Below, in pieces: positions 1 through 10,282 of a DNA stretch of 64,000 nt. This DNA comes from Clostridiales bacterium (GTDB lineage: Bacteria; Bacillota; Clostridia; Lachnospirales; Lachnospiraceae). The notes below the pieces were generated by a model. The model saw nothing but the letters and a program-made list of their open reading frames with translations. It was not told where the DNA came from and made no database searches. Each line of letters starts with the position of its first letter. Within the stretch, counting starts at the first letter, position 1. The DNA lies in the NCBI GenBank assembly GCA_015655075.1, contig JAATFT010000080.1, positions 11,123-75,122 of the forward strand, in the 5' to 3' direction. The translations under genes were made by a program, and so were the position numbers.

Positions 1-262
1 GCGCCCTCCTTTTTCTCCGGCTCAGCCTTGCCGCTTCCCTTTCATGATATTGTTGTATCACTATTTTTAGTGATTGTCAGTCGCTATTTCACTTATTTTA
101 GATATTATTTTTACTCTATCCGCTTTTTCTGTTTCTACGTATTTTATTATATCCCTTGGCTGCATTTCCAAGATGCAACAGAGACGGTTTAAATATCTAA
201 GGATATACTTGTGTTCAATCATGGTCTAAGACTCTGTATTAATATTCTACTGCTAATAATAT

Positions 263-484
263 ACTACCACACCATACGCAATCTGGAAAGGCCATAAAGT
301 GATCGGATATATCGATTTGACAGAGGAGCAAAAGGAGAAGGACTTACTTAAACTACTAAAGCAAAATGGATGAGAGTTAAAACGCATCAATGGCAGCCAG
401 CACGTATTCGAAAAAGACGGCGCAATAGAAGTCGTTCCTATCCACGGCAAAGATGTTCCTACCGGCTTGCTTAACTCAATATGA
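263..484 (+). pseudogene. hicA: Chimeric remnant: short unknown peptide (..YAIWKGHKVIGYIDLTEEQ) in frame with a HicA-family toxin carrying nonsense codons
   Basis: Manual translation of 332-484: KEKDLLKLLKQNG*ELKRINGSQHVFEKDGAIEVVPIHGKDVPTGLLNSI*. This fits the HicA pattern (GW..R..GSH...VP.H..D...G.L..I), with TGA at 371-373 (Trp position) and 482-484. No start codon and no hicB nearby. Confidence 0.75.
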
Positions 485-624
485 AAAAGCCCTTTCTACT
501 CTAGAAAACGAAAATGATAGAAGAGTGACTCCGAAAATTCAAGCAAGTCATGGGAGGATTCTGTTATCGGTTCCGGGGTAAATCCATGCCGGCGTTAAAA
601 CGCCACTTAAAAAAGGGGGAAAAG

Positions 625-738
625 ACACCCATTGAAACTGCATATTTATTGAGTGATGAACATGTAGTTGAAAGAGAATTTGGAGCATATGAAAGTATTC
701 ATAATAATTATCGCTTTTTCAGTACTTATTTATATTAG
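625..738 (+). pseudogene. C-terminal fragment of AAA-family ATPase (DUF4143-type)
   Basis: TAYLLSDEHVVEREFGAYESIHNNY resembles the C-terminal Q(V)AYLL...EREFG....I.DNY motif of these ATPases; the rest of the gene is absent. Confidence 0.45.
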
Positions 739-1672
739 TATTCAACCGGACACACGCACACCGGCATGGAAACCCCATTAATCTTTTTCACGCATTTTAT
801 CGTTCCATCCTCTTTGCTTCGTTTAAATATTACAAGGTTATCCGTATCCCGGTTTGCACAATAGAGCATAGTATCCTCCATGCTTAATATAAAATCCCTG
901 GGATGGCTGCCCTTTGCCGGATGATTGAAAACCCTTTTTTATTGCCGTCTTTTATCCCGCTGCCTTTTTTATCGTTAGTTTGTTTATCACCATAAGAAAG
1001 CACAATAATTTGGGATGTAAGTTCAGCCGCCACGTATGCATACCTTCCATCGGGATGAAATACCAGATGTCTTGGCCCGCATCCGCCTGGCAGGCTAAGT
1101 GCCATCTCTTTATCCTCATATAATATACCCGTGTTCCAATCTATTTCATAAACGGCAAGCAAATCCAACCCCAAGTCGCACACACAGACATATTTTTCAT
1201 CCGGCGTAAACCAAGCCGAATGGGCATGTGCCTTCTCCTGCCGAACCAGATTCGTGCCATGTCCTGCATGTTCGCGCAGGCATACCATCTCGCCTATGCT
1301 TCCATTCCCAAGCAGCTGGTATACTTGTATCGTTGCATCACGGTAGCAGACGGCAATTAAATACCTGTCATTCTTATCTACCGTCAGATGGCATAACCCT
1401 TGCCCGGGAGCCAGACGGCTGTTCAATTTCGACAGATGTTTATTTCCACTATCAATTTTATATGATGTTACCGCCCCATTGCTTCCATCGGTAGGTTCTG
1501 ATACGGCATATAAAACAGTTTTTTGGTGGTTTAATGTGAGATAAGTAGGTGAAACCATATCAGCTAATAATTCTGCATCGGAACACACATCTCTATCCCC
1601 GTCATATAGGAATCCATATATTCCCTTACTGCCTTTATTGGTATAGGTTCCAACATAAATATAATCTTTCAC
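735..1672 (-). pseudogene. Lactonase family (6-phosphogluconolactonase/Pgl-like beta-propeller), internal deletion plus frameshift
   Basis: YVGTYT, HAHS and GCGPRHLVFHPDG motifs from a GTG start at 1672. The frame breaks at about 915-925; the C-terminus (AKGSHPRDFILS..YCANRDTDNLVIF..MPVCV..EY*) continues in another frame to 735. The intervening blade (..SNRGHDSI..) is missing. Confidence 0.8.
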
Positions 1673-1856
1673 TCTTTTTCCTCTTTTAATCGGTTGGTAA
1701 TACGACATTTCAAATGCTTTCTCGTACATTATACTGCATACATCTTGCATGCACAAGTTTTATATGCGGCGTCACGACGGCAGGCCACGGGCAGTGCGGG
1801 CAGCACCCTCGGCATGCCCCTCGCGAAGCAGTGGTGCAATAAAAAACATTTTACAT

Positions 1857-1899
1857 TAAGCCACAGAGGCCTGCGAGGAAGCCACAGGCCTCTGGCTTA
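1857..1899. terminator. Intergenic stem-loop downstream of the SDR gene
   Basis: taagcc-(a)-cagaggcctg ... caggcctctg-gctta inverted repeat. Confidence 0.45.
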
Positions 1900-1927
1900 G
1901 TGTATCAAATCGGCTGAATAGCCGGGC

Positions 1928-2668
1928 CTACAAATGCATTCCGCCGTCTACGACCAGATCGATTCCCGTAATATACCTGCCAGCATCGGAGCAGAGAAGC
2001 AATACCGCGCCGGAGCAATCTTTTGCATCACCGGCAAATCCAAGGGGAATGCCTTCGTAAACCTTTTTGGCATACTCGGTGTCGTTTAATGCGTCTTCAT
2101 TTCTAGGCGTAGCAATAACCCCCGGCGACATGTTGTTGACCGTGATGCCCTTTGGCGCCAGCTGTTTCGCCAGGTTCTTTACCATGTTCATTTGCGCCTC
2201 CTTGGTTCCCGCATAAACCAGCATATCTTTATGGGGCTTATACTGCTGTACGCTTCCGACTGCCACGATGCGTCCCCATCCCTTCCTGCCCATATAGGGT
2301 GCATATAATTGTATTAGTTCCAAGGATGATTTATAATTTACCCTGACCTGCCGGTCGAATTCATCCGGTTTAATTTCATACCACGGCTTCCTGATCTGGA
2401 CGGACGCATTCAACACCAATATATCGATATCACCTGTCTGTCCATACAGCTTTCTTCCACAATCTTCCTCCGATAAATCAGCTACCACACAGGCGGCTTT
2501 ATTCCCTTTTGCCGCTATCTCATCCATGACTTCCCGGCATTTAGGCAGGCTGCTTGAACCATGGATGATGACTTTTGCACCATAGGCCGCCAGGCATATG
2601 GCTATTTCCTTTCCGATTCCCTGCGTCGAACCTGTTACCAATGCCCTTTTCCCATTTAATTCAAACAA
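1928..2668 (-). CDS. SDR family oxidoreductase (gluconate 5-dehydrogenase/KduD-like)
   Basis: TGSTQGIG, NAS and YAGTK catalytic motifs, VDGG C-terminus. Start moved to TTG at 2668 behind an AGGAGA RBS. Confidence 0.9.
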   Translation of the reverse strand: MFELNGKRALVTGSTQGIGKEIAICLAAYGAKVIIHGSSSLPKCREVMDEIAAKGNKAACVVADLSEEDCGRKLYGQTGDIDILVLNASVQIRKPWYEIKPDEFDRQVRVNYKSSLELIQLYAPYMGRKGWGRIVAVGSVQQYKPHKDMLVYAGTKEAQMNMVKNLAKQLAPKGITVNNMSPGVIATPRNEDALNDTEYAKKVYEGIPLGFAGDAKDCSGAVLLLCSDAGRYITGIDLVVDGGMHL

Positions 2669-2779
2669 AATGAATCCATCTCCTTCCTGCATTGAAATCT
2701 CTATGAAGCCCACGCAACTTACCTTTCCAATCATTCCCGAAGATTTATGCAAGGGTTTCAGAGAGTGTCCTGTTCCTTG

Positions 2780-4126
2780 TCAGCTCCAGGTCCTGTCATT
2801 AGACCATTCCTCGTTCCATTCGTCCGTGCTCTTCCATAGACCGTTATATTTCTTATGGATATGCTCGGCTATCACTTCATCATTCAGCTCTTCAATACCG
2901 ATTCCCGGTTTATCCAGAACTGCCGCAAACCCATTTCTGATGATAGGTTTGTCCAATCCCACGGCTATATCCTCCCACCAGGCAACATCACTGGAATGAT
3001 ATTCAACCGCTAATATATCCGGAACTGCCGCCGCACAATGTAATGCCGCCATACATGCAACCGGGCTCTCCGCCATATGGACCGCCAGTGCCACGCCGTA
3101 GTCCTGACACAGTTCCCCTATCTTTTTCAGTTCCAGTGCGCCGCCGCAGGTGAGTATATCGGGATGAACGATGGAAACGCCTCCTCTTTCCATCAGGGGT
3201 ATGAAGTTTTCATTTAGATAAATGTCTTCACCCGTACACAATGGTATGGTCGTAGCGTTGGCTATTTTGACATAATGTTCCGTATAGTGCCACGGTGCCA
3301 CATCTTCAAGCCACGCAATATTATATTTTTCCAATCTCCTTGCAAGATTAATAACATCATTAGTGCCGATATGTCCCAAATGATCAATGGCTAAGGGTAC
3401 CTCATAACCAATAACATCCCTTACCTCCTTTACATAATTCTCAAGGTAGTCCAATCCCCTTTCCGTTATATGGATTCCCGTAAATGGATGTGCAACCGTA
3501 AATATCTCATAATTTTTACCCTTCATCAAATCAAAATCTATGGAGCCTTTTTGATGCTCGATTGCTTTCGAGGAATATTTCTTTATTTCTTCCAAGGCGC
3601 CCAATGGTGCATTCAGCATTCCCTCCTCCTGCAATAACAATTCAATTCCCAAATCCATTTTCAAGAAAGTAAATCCTTTATCCATTCTTACTTTCAAGGC
3701 ATTTCCCATATCCCTTCCGGTATGTTTGCCGTCTACATCCGTATCACAATACATACGGATTTGGTTCCTGAATTTCCCGCCAAGCATTTGATAAAGTGGG
3801 ACACCGTAAGCTTTTCCTGCCAGGTCCCAAAGTGCGATTTCAATACCGGAAACGCCTCCACCCTGTCTTGAATGGCCTCCGAATTGTTTGATGCGCCGAA
3901 ACAATTTTTCAACACTGCATGGGTTTTCTCCAATAAGCCGGCTTTTTAACATGGCTGCATAAGTCATGCTGGAAGCATCCCTTACTTCCCCAAACCCGAC
4001 TATTCCCTGGTTTGTCATTATTTTAAGCAAGATACAGTGCTTTGGCGCCCCGTCTATATTAGCAAATCGAATATCCGTAATCTTTAAATCGGATGGGTAT
4101 GAGCATTTATTATATGTGTCTGACAT
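2780..4126 (-). CDS. Mandelate racemase/muconate lactonizing (enolase superfamily) acid-sugar dehydratase
   Basis: GIEIALWDLAGKAYGVPLYQMLGG; KxD, WLED, CTGED, HPD and VH motifs. Confidence 0.9.
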   Translation of the reverse strand: MSDTYNKCSYPSDLKITDIRFANIDGAPKHCILLKIMTNQGIVGFGEVRDASSMTYAAMLKSRLIGENPCSVEKLFRRIKQFGGHSRQGGGVSGIEIALWDLAGKAYGVPLYQMLGGKFRNQIRMYCDTDVDGKHTGRDMGNALKVRMDKGFTFLKMDLGIELLLQEEGMLNAPLGALEEIKKYSSKAIEHQKGSIDFDLMKGKNYEIFTVAHPFTGIHITERGLDYLENYVKEVRDVIGYEVPLAIDHLGHIGTNDVINLARRLEKYNIAWLEDVAPWHYTEHYVKIANATTIPLCTGEDIYLNENFIPLMERGGVSIVHPDILTCGGALELKKIGELCQDYGVALAVHMAESPVACMAALHCAAAVPDILAVEYHSSDVAWWEDIAVGLDKPIIRNGFAAVLDKPGIGIEELNDEVIAEHIHKKYNGLWKSTDEWNEEWSNDRTWS

Positions 4127-4146
4127 TAGAATCCCCTTTCCTGTTT

Positions 4147-5046
4147 TTATAAAGCAGACTGAGATTCCCCTGGATCTCCTTTTCTTGCTTCTTCATACTC
4201 GCCGGACCAGTCTAAGTTCCTGTATTCCCGGCCCCGCTCGTCATCGGCTATAAAATTGGCCAACAGATCCAACATGTCCTCCGTCCATGCCGCCCGATCG
4301 ATTTGGGCCGTAGTAAACACATTCCGTGTTATCATCTCAAACCCGAATATATCTTTAATATGAGTTTTAGCGGCGCCGTCCACTACCTCGGCGACCAAAT
4401 GGCTGGGAATAAATAATACCCCGCCTCCCGCTCCGAAGACAACGTCACCCGGCAGGCAGATTGCCTTTCCGATCCGGCACGGCGTGTTAAATCCCAACAT
4501 AAGGAAGTCCCGGATCGGAGTAGGGTCAATACCCCTGTAGAACACTTGGACATCTTCAATTGCCTTCATTTGCTCCAGGTCGCGTACCCCGCCCCAAATT
4601 ACGGCCCCTCCCCTTTTCGTTCTTGCGGCAACTGCAGTCGCTAAATTGCCTCCAAGAAAAGTTCCCTTATATATTTTACCATACATATCCGCCACTACGA
4701 CATCATCTTCACCCAAGGCGTCTACAACCCATTGATTGTAATTTCCTCTCCTGCCTTCCTTCACCCCGAATCCAAACATGGTCTCATGTAAATCAGGCCT
4801 TGTCGGGGCAAACACACAGGTAACCGCACGGCCTATCAGTTTTTTGCCATCATGCAAGGTTCGCAGCTCCCCCTCGAACTGTGACTCATACCCTTTTACG
4901 AAGATTGGTTTCCATACTTCTTCCAAGGTCATCCCTTCCAAGGCCTTAAGATATTTTTCCTCGACTTTAGGACGCCCGTCTTCAAGCCGTTCTCCCGTCC
5001 ATTGGGGCGTAATAGTAATGATATCTTCCTTACAATTAAAATACAT
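4147..5046 (-). CDS. RraA-like / HMG-CHA aldolase family protein
   Basis: LIGRAVT, DVVVAD, GGNL, WGGVRD and PGDVV..GGVLFIP motifs. Confidence 0.85.
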   Translation of the reverse strand: MYFNCKEDIITITPQWTGERLEDGRPKVEEKYLKALEGMTLEEVWKPIFVKGYESQFEGELRTLHDGKKLIGRAVTCVFAPTRPDLHETMFGFGVKEGRRGNYNQWVVDALGEDDVVVADMYGKIYKGTFLGGNLATAVAARTKRGGAVIWGGVRDLEQMKAIEDVQVFYRGIDPTPIRDFLMLGFNTPCRIGKAICLPGDVVFGAGGGVLFIPSHLVAEVVDGAAKTHIKDIFGFEMITRNVFTTAQIDRAAWTEDMLDLLANFIADDERGREYRNLDWSGEYEEARKGDPGESQSAL

Positions 5047-5058
5047 GATCCGTCTCCT

Positions 5059-6363
5059 TTAGTCCCCAAGTGTAATATCATAGAATTGTTTTTCTTTATT
5101 ACAGTTAACAGTTGCCTCGCTCTGATGGCCATTTCTGACAAATATGAGTTTGTAGCTGCCATAAAACCCCCTGAAACTCATATATCCATTGCCATTGGTA
5201 TGAGTTTTTGCGGAAGTGTGCCATACCTTCTTGATTAAGTTTTCAACTGCATAATAAGCCGGTTTTTTACTGAAGTCTTTACGCAGCAGACCGCCGCCAT
5301 AATAATCTTCATTCCAGTCAGGCCTTACATATGCATAGCCGTCAATCAAATTCCACCATACAATGGAATCCACTTTTCTACCGCTGAACCAGATCTTATA
5401 AAGTGTTTCCGTCATTCTCGCCTGTATTTCATTATAATCGCCTTCCTCCGGATAAGAAGGAACGGTAATCTCAGAAATATGCAGGTCCTTTTCAAACCCG
5501 CCGTATGTCTCCATTACATCCAATAGTTTTCTTGCATCCAAAACCTCGTCAGCATGGTTTATCATGTCGTCCTTCCTGTAGAACAGGTGGTATTGCAGTC
5601 CTATACCGTCCAGCTTTAATCCTTCCTTTAATATCCTGCAGATATATTGATAGAAAGCGCCCGTTTCAAAAGCAAAATTCTTCCATGAAGTATCCGTCGT
5701 TTCATTGGCAATCAAATGACATTTCGGAAATAATTCCTTCGCCAGCGCGAATGTCCTAATGGCATAATCCTTCGGCATGCTATCATGATATCCACGCGCG
5801 TCCACTTCATTGGCCACGTCCCACATGGGAATTCTATCGGCATACCTCCCGGCTATGGTCCGAACCCGATTCTCAATGTCAGGCCACCCCTCTTCCGTAT
5901 TCCCAAGCAGCCATGTGGGGATACCGCTGGAACGCTGGTGCCAGATCAGGTTATGTCCCTTTGGCGACACATTCCTTCTTTTGCAGAATTCAAGCATTTC
6001 TTCGGCAGGCGGCCTGCGGTAAATGGGCTCGCTCTCTTTCTCAAACCGCCATTCACCCTTTCTGGGTTCATCGTCCCTCCAATAGAAAGGAACGACAGCC
6101 TGGTTAAATACATCCCCAAAATAGTTTTCATAAAGTTCATTCTTATCCGCATCTTCAAATCCATTCACCATAAAGGCATTGCAGCCGAATTTAAAATCGT
6201 GGCCGGTTTGTTCTATCTTCACCTCTGCATCCGGTACGGCATTCCCGTCATTGTCCTTCACTGTAAATTGAAACGTACCTTTCCGATACCTTTCAATACC
6301 GTCCTCGACTATCTTATCCAAGCCGTTTTTTTCAAGGTCAAGCTTACTCATCCAAGCTTCCAT
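5059..6363 (-). CDS. GH10 (endo-1,4-beta-xylanase-like) glycoside hydrolase, no signal peptide
   Basis: KGHNLIWH, WDVANE (acid/base), DGIGLQYH, HISEITV (nucleophile). Confidence 0.85.
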   Translation of the reverse strand: MEAWMSKLDLEKNGLDKIVEDGIERYRKGTFQFTVKDNDGNAVPDAEVKIEQTGHDFKFGCNAFMVNGFEDADKNELYENYFGDVFNQAVVPFYWRDDEPRKGEWRFEKESEPIYRRPPAEEMLEFCKRRNVSPKGHNLIWHQRSSGIPTWLLGNTEEGWPDIENRVRTIAGRYADRIPMWDVANEVDARGYHDSMPKDYAIRTFALAKELFPKCHLIANETTDTSWKNFAFETGAFYQYICRILKEGLKLDGIGLQYHLFYRKDDMINHADEVLDARKLLDVMETYGGFEKDLHISEITVPSYPEEGDYNEIQARMTETLYKIWFSGRKVDSIVWWNLIDGYAYVRPDWNEDYYGGGLLRKDFSKKPAYYAVENLIKKVWHTSAKTHTNGNGYMSFRGFYGSYKLIFVRNGHQSEATVNCNKEKQFYDITLGD

Positions 6364-6441
6364 ATGCTAATCCTCCCAAAGTCTTTTTTTATTCTTTATA
6401 ATTTTTCCTAGATTGTTCCTGAATTCTCCTGAATTCATGAT

Positions 6442-7269
6442 TTATTGTTTCATTCCACTGACTGCAACACTTTCAACGATATTTTTCTGCAGGAATAAGA
6501 ACATAATAATAAGGGGCAATGCACTGATTAACGCTACCGCCATACGCGGGCCATAATAAATCGTAGTCTGGGACGCACTAAATAAAGAAACTCCCACGGA
6601 TATCAGTTGTTTGCTTCTGCTGCTGATGACAATAAGCGGCCATAAATAGGAATTCCAATTCTGGAGTACCTGCAGTATACACAACGTAGCGATTAAAGGT
6701 TTTGACAAAGGCATTATAACTTTTAAAAAAGTCCTCCATTCTCCTGAACCGTCTATATATGCGGCCTCCCTTAATGAGTCGGGTATGGACATTATGTTCT
6801 GCCTGGCAAAAAATACGCCGTAGGCATATGCAAAGTTTCCCAAGATTAAGGGTGCATAGCTGTCCAACATTCCCCATTTACGGTATTGGAGAAATAACGG
6901 AGTCATTCTGGACTCGAAAGGTATCATCATTACTACCAATATAAATATAAACCAAAAATTTTTAAGTATAAAATTCCCCTTTGCAAAAGCATAGCCGCAC
7001 ATCAGCGAGGTCATAACTGCTATCGTGGTATTTACTATTGTTATAAATATAGTATTTAGGTAATACCTGCCTAGCGGAATCATCTCCATTGCATATTGAA
7101 AATTAAACAGGCTAAATTCATGGGGCAGTATGGATGGGGCAGGCAGCACCTCAAGGGCGGTACGGTCAAAAGCCAATACCACGCACCACCAGAGGGGAAC
7201 GAGAATAATTACCAATAAAGCAAAAAGACCAATTATAGTTATTGCACGTATTATTTTTTTCTTGCGCAC
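6442..7269 (-). CDS. Carbohydrate ABC transporter permease (MalG-like)
   Basis: Hydrophobic protein with EAA loop SLREAAYIDGSG and WNSYLWPL. Confidence 0.92.
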   Translation of the reverse strand: MRKKKIIRAITIIGLFALLVIILVPLWWCVVLAFDRTALEVLPAPSILPHEFSLFNFQYAMEMIPLGRYYLNTIFITIVNTTIAVMTSLMCGYAFAKGNFILKNFWFIFILVVMMIPFESRMTPLFLQYRKWGMLDSYAPLILGNFAYAYGVFFARQNIMSIPDSLREAAYIDGSGEWRTFLKVIMPLSKPLIATLCILQVLQNWNSYLWPLIVISSRSKQLISVGVSLFSASQTTIYYGPRMAVALISALPLIIMFLFLQKNIVESVAVSGMKQ

Positions 7270-7280
7270 TTTTCTCCCCC

Positions 7281-8234
7281 CTATTCTTTTCCCTTTTTAA
7301 AGAAACCCGTGAATTTTAAATTTACCACCATGACCGTAAATATGATTATGACCAGTATGATTGCACCCGCGCTGGATACTCCATAATTAGGCGTTTCAAA
7401 ACTAAACTGGTAGACGTACATTAGTATGGATTGCAGGGAACCGCCCGGACGACCAGAGGCACTGTTCTGCCCTAAAATATACAAGTCCGTGAATCTGGAA
7501 AAACTGGAAATTAAGTTCGTTGTTACTAAAAATATAAAGGTTGTATTCATTTGCGGTATGGTAATATGCAGCCATTTTTGTATTCTGTTGCAGCCGTCAA
7601 CTTCCGAAGCTTCATAAATTTCCCTGGGTATGGACTGCAGGCCGGCTAAGTTTATTAGCATGGCATACCCCAGGCCAGACCAGGTTGATATTATCGAGGC
7701 CCCCAGTTTTGCAATACTTGAATCGGAAAGCCAGCCTATCTTGATTTCATTCTGGAATAGGTATGACAAAAAACGATTCAAGATACCTCCATCCGCCTTC
7801 AGTACGATTTGAAAAATTAACACGACGCTTACCCCGGTTATAATATTGGGTAAATAGAAACCGATTCTATAAAAGCTCTGCGCTCTTGTCTTGCCCAATC
7901 CATTTATAAGGGAAGCCAATATAAGTCCCAAAGGTATGACGGTTAAATTCAATGCCGCTAAAATAATCGTATTTACAATTGATTTGTTAAATCCGGAACT
8001 GCGCAATAATGCCGTATAGTTTTTGAGGCCTATAAAGGTTTCACCGTATCCCAGCACAGAAATCTTGTAAAAACTATATTTAATCGTTGTAAGCATAGGC
8101 GTATAGGTGAGAACGAGCAGGCAGGCTATGGTAGCGATAATAAAAGAATACCAGACCAGCTGTTTTTTTATTTTTCTCCACAAGACGCTTTTATTGACAA
8201 TCCCGCTCCCGCTTTTATTAACGATTCTATTCAT
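7281..8234 (-). CDS. Carbohydrate ABC transporter permease (MalF-like)
   Basis: GLQSIPREIYEASEVDG EAA motif, multiple TM segments. Confidence 0.92.
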   Translation of the reverse strand: MNRIVNKSGSGIVNKSVLWRKIKKQLVWYSFIIATIACLLVLTYTPMLTTIKYSFYKISVLGYGETFIGLKNYTALLRSSGFNKSIVNTIILAALNLTVIPLGLILASLINGLGKTRAQSFYRIGFYLPNIITGVSVVLIFQIVLKADGGILNRFLSYLFQNEIKIGWLSDSSIAKLGASIISTWSGLGYAMLINLAGLQSIPREIYEASEVDGCNRIQKWLHITIPQMNTTFIFLVTTNLISSFSRFTDLYILGQNSASGRPGGSLQSILMYVYQFSFETPNYGVSSAGAIILVIIIFTVMVVNLKFTGFFKKGKE

Positions 8235-8262
8235 GTCCTCTCCTTTCCGATATTCAATTCAG

Positions 8263-8428
8263 CTAGTACCGCATTGCATAGATTTCAGTGAATTCAGCAC
8301 CCGCTATTTACGCCGGTGCCGCGTTGTCGTCAATCAGCGTAGCCAACGCTACGCCTCATTCTTCCGCCTTGCTCCATCGCAAATATCAGGCACTGAATTT
8401 TATCGAAACTTATGCAATGCTGTACTAG
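8263..8428. mobile_element. MITE/REP-like palindromic element, 166 bp, CTAG at both ends
   Basis: 24-bp terminal inverted repeats ctagtaccgcattgcatagatttc / gaaacttatgcaatgctgtactag (3 mismatches), nested inner arms and a perfect gcgtagc-caac-gctacgc hairpin; no transposase. Confidence 0.7.
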
Positions 8429-8457
8429 TAAATCTAAAAAGTACCTTCTGTATTGTA

Positions 8458-8502
8458 GAAGAACCAGCCGAAGCTGCAGAATTAGCCATGGTTGGTTCTT
8501 CT
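8458..8502 (-). terminator. Stem-loop after the solute-binding protein gene (attenuator or mRNA stabiliser)
   Basis: gaagaaccagcc ... ggttggttcttc inverted repeat between the SBP and permease genes. Confidence 0.5.
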
Positions 8503-8542
8503 TATGCCCCTATTATTAGAATCCTATTTAATTTACTTGCCT

Positions 8543-9982
8543 TTACTTATTTAATTCCACATACTCTTCCAACTCATCCTGCACATTCTGTGCACATTCG
8601 GCAGGTGTAATCCTGCCCGCATACATTTCAGTTAAATTAGTCGAGAGTACGCTGTTTGACGTACCAAAATTGTTATCCCAATAATTATTTGATGCGTAAA
8701 AGAAATCTTTCGGATAGACTTCAGCTATTTTTTGTGAAACATCATAAATCACTGGTTTTACTTCTTTTAGTTTTTCCATCCCGGCTAAATTATTCGGAAT
8801 TGCATCAATTTCTATCAGCCAATCCTGAACTACTTCATCCGTCAGCATGAATTTAATGAATTCCCACGCCAGTTCCTTATTCTCGCTTGATTTTGCTATT
8901 GCCAAATTCCAATCTCCCGTATGGGAAGAATAAGAAGTTCCGTCATCCGTCTTAGGCAGCGGTATATATAAATAACGGTCTTCAATGCCATTGGCGACGG
9001 TTTCTTTGTATTCTCCCGTAAATCCTTCGTTCATGTATATGGCAATATTATTGTCCGCCGTACCGACTAGTTCGGCTCCAAGCCCTTCGATAAATGACTC
9101 CGGTGCAAATTGATATAAATCATTCAAGTAGGTAAAGCTTGCTATGGCTTCTTCCGAGGTGAAATTGATTGTGCTTTCAAATTTATCCGGTGCAAGTGTA
9201 AATGGATTAATTCCCTTAGCCCAATTATAATTCATGAAGATTTTCCAGATGTCCGCATCACCCGATTTATATGGATATATCCCATAGCTCTGTTCTCCGG
9301 TTCTTGGGTTTATCCCCGTCAATTGCTCTGCGATTTCCAACAATTTTTCATATGTGAATGTCTCCGCATCAGGAATTTCTACACCAAAATCCTCAAATAA
9401 CTGTGTGTCTAGCATAAGAACGGCAGGCGATATCGTAATGGTCATTCCAAGCGGCACTGCCTTCGTATAGTCGTTCGGATCACTATAACGAATTGCCGCA
9501 TTTACCCCCAAAGCCCCCTCTAGTTCCGGTGAATTTCCTATATAAGGAGTCAGGTCTTCAACGATATCAAGTATGGATGCCCCATGGGACATGACGTCAA
9601 CCATGTTTCCGGCTGCTGCCGTCTGCAGCTTGGCCTGCCAGGAATCCCAGGGAATAGCCTCAATCTGTAATTCGACATCCGGATGCAATTCCTTAAAACG
9701 ATTAATAATCACGTTGTAGCCAGGCCTAAATAAACCGCTTACCGGATCCGTGACCCCATCTTGTCCAACCTCCGCAATGAGATGCGGTCCAAGTATCTTT
9801 AGCTCTCCCGAAAATACATCTTCCGAATCCGTTGCAGTTGTTCCGGTATCCGTCGTTTCCGTTCCCGCTTCTTTGCCGGTATCGGCAGCTTCTTCTTTTG
9901 CACATGCAGTAAATGATACTAATAAAATCCCCATACAAATTAATAAGAAAATAATCTTGCTAGATTTTGCCCTTTTTTTCAT
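8543..9982 (-). CDS. Sugar ABC transporter substrate-binding lipoprotein
   Basis: Lipobox SFTAC, acidic/Thr-rich linker, SSENKELAWEFIKFM motif of SBP family 1. Confidence 0.92.
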   Translation of the reverse strand: MKKRAKSSKIIFLLICMGILLVSFTACAKEEAADTGKEAGTETTDTGTTATDSEDVFSGELKILGPHLIAEVGQDGVTDPVSGLFRPGYNVIINRFKELHPDVELQIEAIPWDSWQAKLQTAAAGNMVDVMSHGASILDIVEDLTPYIGNSPELEGALGVNAAIRYSDPNDYTKAVPLGMTITISPAVLMLDTQLFEDFGVEIPDAETFTYEKLLEIAEQLTGINPRTGEQSYGIYPYKSGDADIWKIFMNYNWAKGINPFTLAPDKFESTINFTSEEAIASFTYLNDLYQFAPESFIEGLGAELVGTADNNIAIYMNEGFTGEYKETVANGIEDRYLYIPLPKTDDGTSYSSHTGDWNLAIAKSSENKELAWEFIKFMLTDEVVQDWLIEIDAIPNNLAGMEKLKEVKPVIYDVSQKIAEVYPKDFFYASNNYWDNNFGTSNSVLSTNLTEMYAGRITPAECAQNVQDELEEYVELNK

Positions 9983-10282
9983 TCTTTTCCTCCTGATAAG
10001 AATATAATTTTCCCCACTCTAAATTGCTTTGAAAGAACCGCTTGTAAATGTCTTATGTCAGTAAAAATCTCCAATCATCGCTATTCATTAGTAATTCTCA
10101 CTAGTGTGTTTATATTATATCTATAATCATTAACACATTCTACAAATATATTTAGCAATATTTAAAATATAATTAAATGATTTCTATATATTCCATGAAA
10201 AGTCCAAATATATTTGTACCCAATTACTAATCCACTGGCCAGCGATGCCGGCGTCACTTGTTTTTCCCTATCTTCAGCTATA

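Noticed and set aside
371-484. TGA recoding (Trp or Sec) in the HicA-like frame
   Set aside because: TGA is used as a normal stop by other genes here, and the frame also lacks a start and the GSH histidine; simple pseudogenisation is more likely
5785-6411. 208-aa antisense ORF and similar shadow ORFs across the window
   Set aside because: Lie opposite well-supported genes, with no RBS or motifs
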